A stretch of 64,000 nucleotides of DNA from Cyanidioschyzon merolae (lineage: Eukaryota), in assembly GCA_000091205.1 (NCBI GenBank), contig AP006496.2, one strand, 5' to 3'. This document shows positions 30,934-41,686 of the stretch, in pieces (positions within the stretch are counted from its first letter, which is position 1; every line of letters begins with the position of its first letter). The position numbers and the translations under genes are program-made. Below the pieces are notes generated by a model. The model was not told the DNA's origin. It did no database searches and worked only from the letters and a program-made list of their open reading frames with translations.

Positions 30934-32129
30934 CACCCATATCAGACGAAACGGGAAGGCCTACAAACAGATGACTCGAGCGTCCGTTCAAAAGTTCGGG
31001 TCTATTGCCAATGCCATCCAACATGGGCCTCCGCGTGCCTTTGAGCTGCCTGCTGTTTTCGCTCTCTCTTACCTTCGGATTTACATGCGCCTGTCGCTCA
31101 TGAACCTCTCCCAGCTGCGATGTCAGCCGTCGACAGATGTCGACGGGAGCGTTCAAGTCCCGACTGCGCCGTTCCCGGCAGTTGTCGACGCATTTCGTGC
31201 ACGAGCGGAAGTTGCAATGCACAACCCGTCTGCCGTTTTTCATCCTCTCTGTACTCGGACGCAGACTGCCCGTCACCACGATGACATTTGATCGCACTCA
31301 GGTGTTTTCGCAGGTTAAGAACACGTGCCTCTCTGAACGCCGCTCTGTGGCGCGTGAACGCTTGCCTCAGTGCTCGGTAGACGCCCTTGGCGGGTGCAGG
31401 AGGCTCCACTCGATGCACTCTTCCATATCCCCGCCCAGTGCCGTACATCTGAATCACGGGCTTGTTCTGGGCGGTGCCTTTGGTATCTACGTTGTTCGCT
31501 GTATGTGCACGCGCACGGTGCTCGCTCCAATAAAGGACTTGCGGGACGCCTTCTTGCCCATATGAAACAAGTGCCAGAGGGAAGTCCGGCCAGACGAAGA
31601 ATTCGCGGCGGTGCGATTCGCCCACGCGCGCGTCTTGCACAGCGCTGACGCGTTCTCCAGTGGAGGCGCTCGCTGCGATAACTAGGGTCCGAGTCCAGTA
31701 CACGGTGCTGTGTAGGCACAGGAGCCGCGATGCTCTGTGAGCGTACTCCCTGAGAGGCAACATGCTGCTGCTGAATGCCGCTGGGTCGATGGCCACGAAC
31801 CAAAGAGCATCTGCCTTCGGAACCAGGTCAATGATCTCCGGCGACAAGCACAGTGAGCTTTAGGCATCGTGCTGTGAGCAAGATGTCGAAAGCAGACTTT
31901 GAGCGTTTCTCGGCGTCCATAAAGCAGCGCAGGCCTCTGCGCCAACGTGTTGCCTTGAAACAGAAATGCAGGATAGCTGACGCATATGTGATTTGAGCAT
32001 TCTGCACATAAGGAAAGGAGAAGTGTGCAGGCGTGAATGTAGGTATTGGATCATGGTATTGGTTTTGCTACAAACCGCTGTCCCATGATGTCGCGAGTCG
32101 CCTAGAGTCCGGTGAGCCACCGAATACCA
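30934..32129. repeat. left arm of a large inverted repeat. It is 1196 bp and about 98-99% identical to the reverse complement of 35270..36464
   Basis: Read directly. Identity begins at cacccatatcagacgaaacggg (the reverse complement of 36443-36464) and ends at ...ggtgagccaccgaatacca (the reverse complement of 35270-35290). All ORFs in one arm reappear on the opposite strand of the other arm. Confidence 0.95.
31098..31847 (-). CDS. hypothetical 249-codon ORF carried by the left inverted-repeat arm. Its function is unknown and the track ORF begins at a TTG
   Basis: It has mixed amino-acid composition and is intact in both arms with only 3-4 aa differences (for example FSSSMLPLREY versus FNSSMSPVREY). 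In both arms a same-frame ORF lies immediately upstream, separated by one stop codon. The true start is unresolved. Confidence 0.35.
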   Translation of the reverse strand: MSPEIIDLVPKADALWFVAIDPAAFSSSMLPLREYAHRASRLLCLHSTVYWTRTLVIAASASTGERVSAVQDARVGESHRREFFVWPDFPLALVSYGQEGVPQVLYWSEHRARAHTANNVDTKGTAQNKPVIQMYGTGRGYGRVHRVEPPAPAKGVYRALRQAFTRHRAAFREARVLNLRKHLSAIKCHRGDGQSASEYREDEKRQTGCALQLPLVHEMRRQLPGTAQSGLERSRRHLSTADIAAGRGS

Positions 32130-33029
32130 ATTTCAAACAAAAAAAAACACGCGAAGAAGCTACTCCTAAAACACGACCGAGACTCCCGGAATTCTGCATG
32201 CATCTGCAGGCCCTCCATACTGCACTTTAAATACCAATGCGGTGCACCCAAGAAATGTTAAGAAAAAATCGAAAGGCAGGAACAGATCGAGCAGATCAGT
32301 GTTCTATCCATATCTGAAACGGGTGTCGCGCATACGCTGCGTGCGATGGGCTCGGCACCGGCGAAGCGTCTCGTCGCCCGTCTCAGACAACAGCTTTTGA
32401 GACAACATTGTACCAGGGCGCACCGCCAGCTGCTAGAACGCATCCGCATCGATCATCGCCTGCGCCGCGCTCCGCGGGCGCTTCACACCGGGCAGCGTCG
32501 CAGGCCGTCGACACCACCTCTTTTCTGAGACAAAAAGGACACAGATCCATCGACCGGCGATCGCCGCATGGCTTCGCCAGCCGGCATGCCTGCATGGTGG
32601 CGCTCAGCGCGTTTTCCGCAGCCGCACCCGGACGCTGCGCCGTTCAGATTGAGACGATTTGAATCCGGGTCTGCGCGCGCGGCAGTTCGTGCGCGCGCAC
32701 CCTCCTCAGAGCGCGCAAACGTGTTGTTTGGTGTCTTTGACCCAGAGGCTAACCTAACGAGGTTTCCGCAAGGCGTCTACGTACGTACTAGATAGAAACT
32801 TTCAAGGACGACTTTACCGCCTTGATATCTTAGTGGATTCAGCGCATAGAACAAGTGTTTCTCTCTCGAACCGAGGAGTCGCGCCACCGAAACCTGACGA
32901 GTCCGTTATCCGGTTCGCGCCGCCACGTTTTACCCGCTGCTTAGCTCAGGTCGGCAAAACACCAGGGAACTGAAGTGAAGTTCATAGTTTTCACTGTTTC
33001 GTGAGTATTTTAATTGGAAAGGTCATCAA

Positions 33030-33311
33030 ATGGTTGGTAATAATACGGAAGCAGGAATGGCGAAGTTTCTGGAGTTAAAGGCAGCTTTCGAGGACGTGTA
33101 TGAGGACACGACAAAGTTTTTCGAGAAAGGGAACAAGGCCGCAGCCGTTCGTGCTCGTAAGAAGCTTTTAAGGTTGCGAGAAATTGCACAAGAAATGCGT
33201 GTTCTCATTCAGCAGACGAAGGCGCAGCTAGAGCAGGAGCACAAAACCGCTCGAACCAGCGGCGGGGGTGGCGGTTTGGGCGCAGACAACCAAGTGTCCA
33301 TGGGAGAGTGA
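33030..33311 (+). CDS. small basic coiled-coil protein (93 aa) with a KGNKAAAVRARKKLL core resembling the N-terminal domain of bacterial histone-H1-like Hc1 (chlamydial HctA). It lies in the spacer of the inverted repeat
   Basis: MAKFLELKAAFEDVYEDTTKFFEKGNKAAAVRARKKLLRLREIAQEMRVLIQQTKAQLEQ, compared with Chlamydia Hc1 ...LLKAEKGNKAAAQRVRTESIKLEKIAKVYRKE (recalled from memory). It ends in a Gly-rich tail. Confidence 0.35.
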   Translation: MVGNNTEAGMAKFLELKAAFEDVYEDTTKFFEKGNKAAAVRARKKLLRLREIAQEMRVLIQQTKAQLEQEHKTARTSGGGGGLGADNQVSMGE

Positions 33312-35269
33312 GCTTTCCTTCACCGGAGCGCTGCTAAGCCACGATGGCTTTTTCGTGCTGTATTTGTTGAATCGGTAAGCGTTCAGGCTCTTGAGGTCCG
33401 CGCCCTTGAACTATTTGCTCCTGTATGACCGCAACTCGTACTGGTTTTGTTTTCTGGACATCGTCCTGAGCCTTCCCACGGTTCGTCGCCTGTTTCGGCC
33501 GCCACAGCTGATACTTTGCAGGCCACGTGCAGGGTCTCCAGAGGCAGGCCGAAGTTTTCTCCGTACGCGGAGGGTTCGTGGCGGATCGATGAGTCCGTCA
33601 GGTTTCTCTAATTCCGAAACTATGCATAGAATCGACGTTCTCTGTGATGAAAGATAGTTTGAGCCAAAGATATTGCAGCAACGAATTGTGAGCCGCTTGC
33701 ATCGGACTCAACGTGACTAGCAGCCGTACCAGAGGAAGTAAAGATCCCGAATGGTTCCTAAATAGTTCTCTCGTGTCATGGTTGGAACTCCCGGTCAAAT
33801 GAATGGTCAGGGGATTTTCTGGAATGTGTTCCACGACGAATACTGGGGCTCGTTTTGATTGTATTCCATTTTGCGGCCTGAGGGTTTCCGAATGAAGGGT
33901 TTCCAATTCTGATTAATTTATGCTGCGAAGATCGGACACTCTTGCTGATAGAAGCTGCTGACGCCCGTAAGGAATGCCCCACACGAGAGCAAACTTGCCA
34001 ACGGCTCTTCGATACCAGCACGCTCTTCGTTAGAGCGAAGCCGTTCACCCTAGAGCCACAGGTGCGTCGAGAGGACTTAGAGTTCCCGGTTAGTTTTGGA
34101 CGTGCCTGTTACTCGTTGTTTTGGCCGCCAGTCGTGTCGGATAAGGCGACTCGACCTGACACGGAGCGGGCTCTTGACATATAAAAGAAGAGGCGGCGCG
34201 GCAAGGGATCCAACGGGAAGCAGGGAGGGAACGTGTCCGTCTGTTCCATCACGGACCTGATCAGTGATCCTGCAGCTAAGTCTTTCGATTGGGGAGGGTC
34301 TGCACCAATGTATACCTTTGAACAGAGGGATCCAGAGCGATCGAGGCCGTTCGCCTCGCACAAGGCACGAGGCGTCGTTTACAGAGCGACGCCCCTTTCA
34401 TGAGGCGTACCCGGCGTGCTCGCTGCTGCCTTACCGAGCGGAACGTTATCCCTGGCGTCTGATGAGAACACTTTCCCGCTATATTCTACAGAACCGCTTT
34501 CGGCTCCTGGGCTCAAGACAGCTCTTGTCCTCTACATCCAGCGCGTTGCAGCGCATGAATCTACAGTGAGTCTGCTGCATATCCTGCACGTTTGCGAACC
34601 AAGCTGAGCACAGCTCGTGCACTCCTATGCAAAAATGGCTACTCTTTTGATCTTCAGCATGTTGCAGCATTCGAATCGGAACAGCGACCCGTTACCGAAC
34701 ATGTCTCCAGTTTTTGGACGTCGCTGCGGAAAGGAAATGCACCAGCCGATGATGCAGAGTGTACAGATCCGTATCATCCTGATGGTGACGCTGCTGGCTT
34801 GGATTCGTTCAAACTATCGGGACACTGGGTCGGAGCCTCGCTATCACTTTAAATGCAATCCGCGTGAGCCTCGAGTGTACCTGTTGATGGAGGAATTTCG
34901 AATCTTTGGAAACTGGAGCGCTTGGTGCCCACGGCGCTGCATTTACCCCACTCGTCCCGTGGAGAGAAGCTCGCTCTGACTTCTATCCTGGTTGTCCAAC
35001 TGGTGCATTCTATAGCCGGATCGGGCCATGGACGAACGATTGGGCATTCAGCGACCGCCTGAGACACGTCGCATCTACGTACTGTACTTGCGTGCGATGA
35101 AAATGGAACACTGATCTGCTCGCTCTGTTCCTGTCTTTCTATTTTTGCTATACTTTTTTAGACTTGCAACCTCGGCATTTGAAGTGCAGCAATACGCGCA
35201 GACGAAGTCAGACGTCGTTTCAGTATCGTCGGCAGTATTTTTGGAATGCCTCCCTCGGCACTCTGGCGC

Positions 35270-36464
35270 TGGTATTCGGTGGCTCACCGGACTCTAGGCG
35301 ACTCGCGACATCATGGGACAGCGGTTTGTAGCAAAACCAATACCATGATCCAATACCTACATTCACGCCTGCACACTTCTCCTTTCCTTATGTGCAGAAT
35401 GCTCAAATCACATATGCGTCAGCTATCCTGCATTTCTGTTTCAAGGCAACACGTTGGCGCAGAGGCCTGCGCTGCTTTATGGACGCCGAGAAACGCTCAA
35501 AGTCTGCTTTCGACATCTTGCTCACAGCACGATGCCTAAAGCTCACTGTGCTTGTCACCTGAGATCATTGACCTGGTTCCGAAGGCAGATGCTCTTTGGT
35601 TCGTGGCCATCGACCCAGCGGCATTCAACAGCAGCATGTCGCCTGTCAGGGAGTACGCTCACAGAGCATCGCGGCTCCTGTGCCTACACAGCACCGTGTA
35701 CTGGACTCGGACCCTAGTTATCGCAGCGAGCGCCTCCACTGGAGAACGCGTCAGCGCTGTGCAAGACGCGCGCGTGGGCGAATCGCACCGCCGCGAATTC
35801 TTCGTCTGGCCGGACTTCCCTCTGGCACTTGTTTCATATGGGCAAGAAGGCGTCCCGCAAGTCCTTTATTGGAGCGAGCACCGTGCGCGTGCACATACAG
35901 CGAACAACGTAGATACCAAAGGCACCGCCCAGAACAAGCCCGTGATTCAGATGTACGGCACTGGGCGGGGATATGGAAGAGTGCATCGAGTGGAGCCTCC
36001 TGCACCCGCCAAGGGCGTCTACCGAGCACTGAGGCAAGCGTTCACGCGCCACAGAGCGGCGTTCAGAGAGGCACGTGTTCTTAACCTGCGAAAACACCTG
36101 AGTGCGATCAAATGTCATCGTGGTGACGGGCAGTCTGCGTCCGAGTACAGAGAGGATGAAAAACGGCAGACGGGTTGTGCATTGCAACTTCCGCTCGTGC
36201 ACGAAATGCGTCGACAACTGCCGGGAACGGCGCAGTCGGGACTTGAACGCTCCCGTCGACATCTGTCGACGGCTGACATCGCAGCTGGGAGAGGTTCATG
36301 AGCGACAGGCGCATGTAAATCCGAAGGTAAGAGAGAGCGAAAACAGCAGGCAGCTCAAAGGCACGCGGAGGCCCATGTTGGAAGGCATTGGCAATAGACC
36401 CGAACTTTTGAACGGACGCTCGAGTCATCTGTTTGTAGGCCTTCCCGTTTCGTCTGATATGGGT
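35270..36464. repeat. right arm of the large inverted repeat (1195 bp)
   Basis: See the left arm at 30934..32129. The spacer between the arms runs 32130..35269 (3140 bp). Confidence 0.95.
35552..36301 (+). CDS. second copy of the 249-codon hypothetical ORF, in the right inverted-repeat arm
   Basis: It is 98-99% identical to 31098..31847(-). Confidence 0.35.
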   Translation: MSPEIIDLVPKADALWFVAIDPAAFNSSMSPVREYAHRASRLLCLHSTVYWTRTLVIAASASTGERVSAVQDARVGESHRREFFVWPDFPLALVSYGQEGVPQVLYWSEHRARAHTANNVDTKGTAQNKPVIQMYGTGRGYGRVHRVEPPAPAKGVYRALRQAFTRHRAAFREARVLNLRKHLSAIKCHRGDGQSASEYREDEKRQTGCALQLPLVHEMRRQLPGTAQSGLERSRRHLSTADIAAGRGS

Positions 36465-36727
36465 GTAGGTATGCAACGCATCCGCGTGCTTGCGAACGTG
36501 CGTCGATTATGTACATAACTGGACACTACTGGCCACTTGCTCTGATCGTCGCCGCGGGGAGCTGGCGCACGGCCTCGGGGCCTGCCCTCGGCACCGGCCC
36601 CGCAGCCGATGCCGGTACGCGCCGTGGGCCGTGCCAATCCAGAATCGTATCCACGACACTAGTGCTTACGATTCGGTGTGAAGCACAGTTTTCGCAAGCC
36701 ACAGTTGTTCACTTTTGCGCTATCAAC

Positions 36728-38125
36728 ATGGTTAACTCTGTGTATAGAGAGTGCTATGATGACAGTCACTATCGACCGGAGTTTGAGGGGTTCATTGGGA
36801 ACCGTCCTCTGGAAGAAGTAGATCCCGAGGTTGTGACGCTCATCCGGGCCGAGAAACAACGTCAGGCCGGCGGTTTGGAACTGATAGCCTCCGAGAACTT
36901 TACCTCAAGGGCCGTTATGGAAGCACTTGGATCATGTTTCACAAATAAATACTCGGAAGGGTATCCTGGAAAGCGATACTATGGTGGCACGGAGGTTGTT
37001 GATGAATTGGAGCGCCTGGTGCAGCAACGTGCGCTGAGCCTCTTTGGGCTCGACCCACAAGAGTGGGCGGTTAATGTCCAACCGTACTCTGGGTCGCCGG
37101 CCAACTTTGCAGTGTACACCGCGTTACTAAAGCCGCATGATCGAATCATGGGCCTGGGGTTACCCTCGGGTGGGCACTTGACGCACGGCTTTTACACTGC
37201 GAAAGGAAAGCGGATCTCCGCAACCTCGATATACTTCGAGTCCCTTCCGTACCAGGTCCATCCTCAGACAGGTTATGTTGACTACGATCGTCTAGAAGAG
37301 CTGGCACTGCTGTACCGCCCTCGACTCATTATCTGTGGGGCGTCGGCGTACGCACGCGACTGGGACTATGCGCGGATGCGCGAGATCGCCGACAAGGCCG
37401 GCGCGATGCTCATGTGCGACATGGCGCACTACTCGGGTCTCGTCGCTGCAGGGGAGCTCACTTCGCCGTTTCCGTTCTGCGATGTTGTAACGACAACTAC
37501 GCACAAGTCGCTGCGCGGGCCAAGACAGGGCATGATTTTCTGTCGCCGTCAGTACGAAGCGGATATAAATGAGGCGGTCTTCCCGGGGTGTCAGGGAGGC
37601 CCTCACAATGCAACAATGGCAGCGCTTGGTGTTGCTTTGAAAGAAGCGATGACGCCTGAGTTTCGCGCCTATCAGCAGCAGGTTCGCGCAAATGCGAAAG
37701 CACTCGCCGGGGCATTGCAGGCCCGGGGCTATACAATCGTCACCGGTGGTACGGATAACCACCTAGTGCTTTGGGACCTGAGGCCAGAGGGCCTCACGGG
37801 TAACAAAGTTCAGAAGCTCTGCGATCAAATCAACATAACCCTGAATATGAACGCGGTTCCTGGTGATACGAACGCACTCTCTCCTGGCGGCGTGCGTCTA
37901 GGCACGCCTGCGCTCACTAGCCGTGGTTTCAGGGAAAAGGACTTTGAGCAGGTGGCTGAGTTTCTCCACCAGGCCGTCCAACTTTGTCTCAAAATCCAAA
38001 AGGATTCCGGAAAGAAGCTTGCAGATTTCGAGCGTGCCCTTGAAGGTCGTCCTGAGCTCGCAACGCTGCGCGACCAAGTGCGGGCCTTTGCCTTGCGGTT
38101 TCCAATGCCCGGCGGGCCGCGTTAA
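36728..38125 (+). CDS. SHMT: serine hydroxymethyltransferase (glycine hydroxymethyltransferase). It is probably cytosolic because there is no leader after Met-74 of the track ORF
   Basis: [12 protein letters not shown]...[107 protein letters not shown]...A....[13 protein letters not shown]. The PLP-lysine context is [12 protein letters not shown]. The 73 codons before Met-74 lie inside the inverted-repeat arm and are discounted. Confidence 0.9.
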   Translation: MVNSVYRECYDDSHYRPEFEGFIGNRPLEEVDPEVVTLIRAEKQRQAGGLELIASENFTSRAVMEALGSCFTNKYSEGYPGKRYYGGTEVVDELERLVQQRALSLFGLDPQEWAVNVQPYSGSPANFAVYTALLKPHDRIMGLGLPSGGHLTHGFYTAKGKRISATSIYFESLPYQVHPQTGYVDYDRLEELALLYRPRLIICGASAYARDWDYARMREIADKAGAMLMCDMAHYSGLVAAGELTSPFPFCDVVTTTTHKSLRGPRQGMIFCRRQYEADINEAVFPGCQGGPHNATMAALGVALKEAMTPEFRAYQQQVRANAKALAGALQARGYTIVTGGTDNHLVLWDLRPEGLTGNKVQKLCDQINITLNMNAVPGDTNALSPGGVRLGTPALTSRGFREKDFEQVAEFLHQAVQLCLKIQKDSGKKLADFERALEGRPELATLRDQVRAFALRFPMPGGPR

Positions 38126-39319
38126 TGTGGACTATACCTCGAAGCAGAACATGCTGGTCATGCGCTTATTCCGATGAGACTCTCTCGCTTTCATCTGCAC
38201 AGTGCGCAAATACCATTGGGCGGACAAATGCAATCCCAGTGTACATTTGCTTGGATTCTAAACAAGAGACCTGGTGTTGAGCATCTTCGTGGATTCCGCA
38301 TTGCCATTAGATATGGCCTAATGGAGTCTGCTCGAGCTGCGCGGAAACCTCCGTTTTCTAGACCACTCTCCACAGTGGACAAAGTCCGCGTATTCTGCCT
38401 TTAATCGGCATCCATGGAGCGCTGCCGTGCGACAGATGCCGAGACCCTGGCGTTCTTCATCCATTATCGTACCAATATCAGCGCCGGAGGCACAGTTTAC
38501 ACAAGAGACGATTGCCATCGCAGCCGGTTAGACGAGGCACTCGGAGCGTTGCGTCGTTCTCTCCCAGACACGCCTGGTGCGTCTTCGCTGTGCACGTCAT
38601 TTGCGTCAATGGACACGCATGACGCGTCTACGACACGCATGTGATGGGTATCAGCGACACACGCATGGTGTCGTCGGGTGAAGCGTTCCACACCGTTTCG
38701 CATCCAAGAATGGCGCTAAACAGCGCTTCTTCGGACGCGTCTCGCGAGGCTGTAGTGACTCACTGCTCGCAGAGGTAACCTGTCGCTATCATGAGGCATC
38801 GTCACTTGACCGTGCGCATTTTGGCCGCTATTCCGTCGGAAACGGATCTGGATAGGTAACGTACCTATGTCCAGTGCGCAAATCGGCCTCGCATTCCCAC
38901 CGGCCATCGTGCTTTTTCCGGGAATACCCCATGCGCATGTCAAGCGCACATCACGAGGGCTGTTCGGGCATACCGGCATTGTTCGGATGCCTTGACGAAC
39001 GTCTCGATTAGGGCGCCAGAGGCGTAGCGCGGCAGCACCGAATGGCCCGGTACACTCGTCTTCTATGAGATGTGCAGTCCCGCTCGATGCGCCGTGCTCG
39101 AAACGTACACATCGCACAGCAATGCATCGGGTAACCGCATAAACACGTGAACATACAGCAACAGATTTCCTGATCGCCTACAATATGCTCTTCTCTGAAT
39201 GTCTGTGTTCCATGATATGAATCGCATGCACCAATCTCTTCATGGACACTGTGCTGGCGAGCGAGCAATCCTCCAGTCGCTAGCATACGGTGACAAACTC
39301 CGCGACTCGGCAACCGGCG

Positions 39320-41686
39320 CTATCGCAGCCCCGTGCTCGCGTCATCCTGCACGGCCGCGTATGGTGAACGCGGCACTGGCACGAATACTTTTTCGAGAAA
39401 GCGGCGAAATCGCCGCGCATACGAGCTCGGTTCGATAACACTAATGCTATCGTGAAGACAGAGTAGGTGCGCTTTCCCGAAATGTTCGAGTTTCTTTTCT
39501 GCATTATATCGATCGAGGACGTCGATAATACCGAAAAAGAGCCGCGCCTCCTCCCCGTTCTCCAGCAAACCGACCCAACTGTTTGCATGTCGGGCGTCCC
39601 GTTCGCGCAGACGGCGCCATGATTCTGCTGAAACCGGCAAGTTTGCCGATGTGTCCACGTACTGCAAGCCGAGCAGAAAAGAGTAATCCATGATATGAAC
39701 GCTTTCCAGGAACAGGCAATCCATATCGATTTGGTTGAGCATTCTGCGTCTCAGTCGTCGGTCAATAGCGATAGGACCCACACCGTCTCGAAACAGGTCT
39801 AGGTCCTTTCGGGGTTGTCTTGGATCCAACTCCTGGGACGCTCTGCAGAGAAGGCTTGGTCGAAACCGCTGCTGCGGGGCCGTCTGCTGCTCGTCGTCGT
39901 TTGAGAGAACATGCGACGCCGGAGTCCGTGAAAACCTGCCATGCGTACTGCCTTTGAGATCATAGCGCAAATGAATTGGTGTTCGGGTTGGCAGGAAATT
40001 GCTCATGACGACCATACGGATGCGACGCCGCCGCAATCCAAGACGGTGGGTCGTTACACGATGCAGGCCGAAAAAGCGCGTGATGAGAGATTCCGGATTC
40101 TTCATCATGTGAAAGTAGTACTGGGGAAGAATGCTGAGCAGGACACTGGCTTCCTGCTTGGACAGTGTCTTCAGAATGAAACGGTCATCGCTGCTGTAGT
40201 AGAAGAGCGAGCCGCTCTTTCCGGCAGTGGTCGCCTCCCTGAGGGCCTCCTCGCCGCACAGCGAGCGCAGATACGATGTAGGACTAATCCCATAACGCTG
40301 CCTCAATTGGCGGAATACCATCGGGGCATAGTCTTTGAAAGTGAAGCACTTCTCGATGGGGGGCGTGTCTGATGAGCCCACTGCCGGAAAGCGGATCGTG
40401 TTGCTGGTCCGAAAATCAGCCATGCAGAGGTTCCGCGGCGCCAACGCGTTCTGTCGCTCCACCGTGTAGCGTATTCCAGCTTTGATCTGCATCATCAAAT
40501 GATAAGAGCGATGACCCTTGTAGATGACCTCGCCGTGGCGGATTTGGAAATTGCCGCGCCTGGTGAATGGATGCAGTAGGTTGTAGGTGCCAATGACACC
40601 GGCTGAATGGCACGATCCAGTTGCTGACGCATGGCCAACCGGTTGGAGCGCGCCCCGTGCAGACCCCGGAAGCGGCGACTTGGGCGGCATCGCCGGCAGC
40701 GCATCAATGTACAGGTGCACGGCGGGTTCCACAACGAGCGGCGGCAACGGTGGCGGCAGCACCGTATGGGATCCGCGTCTCACGTCGCGTCGGCGGTGTG
40801 TACTTCGCGCATCGGCATGCACAGCGGCATAGGCGCCATGCTCGAAACTGCCGTCCCCGAGGCCTGCAGCACCTACAATGGTGGCCGGCCTGGATTCGGA
40901 AAAAGGCACCGAGGCGAATCCGTTCACAGAAAGTTGCTGCCCACTGCTAGCACTCGAAGATGATTGTGGTTCAATGGATGAGCTATGCGCGGTACCCATA
41001 GCGTGCTCGGCGCGCATGACGCGCGAGGTAGCGCTTGTCGAGACGCTCAGGGGCGCTACTTCCAGGGTACCCGATTGCTGTGAATACGTGCTATTGGTCG
41101 TTCCGGAGTGTACAGAGTTATTTTCGGCGTTCGTCAACAAGACTAGCCTTGACTTTGTTGGTTCGGCGTTCTCTTCGGTAGCTGCAACAGTGACCTGAAG
41201 CGGTGGCGGTCGTCGAAGTCGTCTACCAAGCGACATTCGCACTTCAGTTCTGCTTTCCGCACGTTTGCGTGCGTCCGAGTCGTCTGTTGCGTCGTCGAGT
41301 GTTGTGCCAGCGCTACCGCTACCACTGCGGTCGCTGCCGCCCTGTTCCATTGTTCCCTGCTTTTCGGGTGTGTCCGAGGCAGGCGCTGCGCAAGCGCTGG
41401 ACACCAAAAGAGAACCAGCAACTGCAGGCGCAACGGCCGCTTTCTGTAAGCTTTCTGCTGCCTCAACGGTAGCTAGATAGCTTCCCGCATCATTAGACAA
41501 CGAGCTGTTGTTTTTGGGGTCGGTGAAATGGACCTCCTCAGTGTTGTTGGCGTCCTCAGCGGCAGCGCCCAGCTCGGTCGTCAGTGTTCGCGCCATAGAC
41601 ACATGCTGCTCCTTCTCTTTGCCAGATGTTCGGGACAATCTAGAGGTTTCAGTATGAGTATCCTCCAGAGAAAGAGCGACGCCCAT
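39320..41686 (-). CDS. PIP5K: phosphatidylinositol-4-phosphate 5-kinase (PIPK family), 788 aa, single exon, with a long Ser/Ala-rich N-terminal region
   Basis: The PIPK catalytic core runs RGNFQIRHGEVIYKGHRSYHLMMQIKAGIRY... GKSGSLFYYSSDDRFILKTLSKQE... LPQYYFHMMKNPESLITRFFGLHRV... RMVVMSNFLP... DLKGSTHGR... MDYSFLLGLQYVD... GIIDVLDRYNAEKKLEHFGKA. Confidence 0.85.
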   Translation of the reverse strand: MGVALSLEDTHTETSRLSRTSGKEKEQHVSMARTLTTELGAAAEDANNTEEVHFTDPKNNSSLSNDAGSYLATVEAAESLQKAAVAPAVAGSLLVSSACAAPASDTPEKQGTMEQGGSDRSGSGSAGTTLDDATDDSDARKRAESRTEVRMSLGRRLRRPPPLQVTVAATEENAEPTKSRLVLLTNAENNSVHSGTTNSTYSQQSGTLEVAPLSVSTSATSRVMRAEHAMGTAHSSSIEPQSSSSASSGQQLSVNGFASVPFSESRPATIVGAAGLGDGSFEHGAYAAVHADARSTHRRRDVRRGSHTVLPPPLPPLVVEPAVHLYIDALPAMPPKSPLPGSARGALQPVGHASATGSCHSAGVIGTYNLLHPFTRRGNFQIRHGEVIYKGHRSYHLMMQIKAGIRYTVERQNALAPRNLCMADFRTSNTIRFPAVGSSDTPPIEKCFTFKDYAPMVFRQLRQRYGISPTSYLRSLCGEEALREATTAGKSGSLFYYSSDDRFILKTLSKQEASVLLSILPQYYFHMMKNPESLITRFFGLHRVTTHRLGLRRRRIRMVVMSNFLPTRTPIHLRYDLKGSTHGRFSRTPASHVLSNDDEQQTAPQQRFRPSLLCRASQELDPRQPRKDLDLFRDGVGPIAIDRRLRRRMLNQIDMDCLFLESVHIMDYSFLLGLQYVDTSANLPVSAESWRRLRERDARHANSWVGLLENGEEARLFFGIIDVLDRYNAEKKLEHFGKAHLLCLHDSISVIEPSSYARRFRRFLEKVFVPVPRSPYAAVQDDASTGLR

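Noticed and set aside
36509-36727. ORF-track start of SHMT at 36509, which adds 73 N-terminal residues
   Set aside because: Those codons lie inside the inverted-repeat arm and are Arg/Gly/Pro-rich. The conserved SHMT N-terminus begins at Met-74 (36728)
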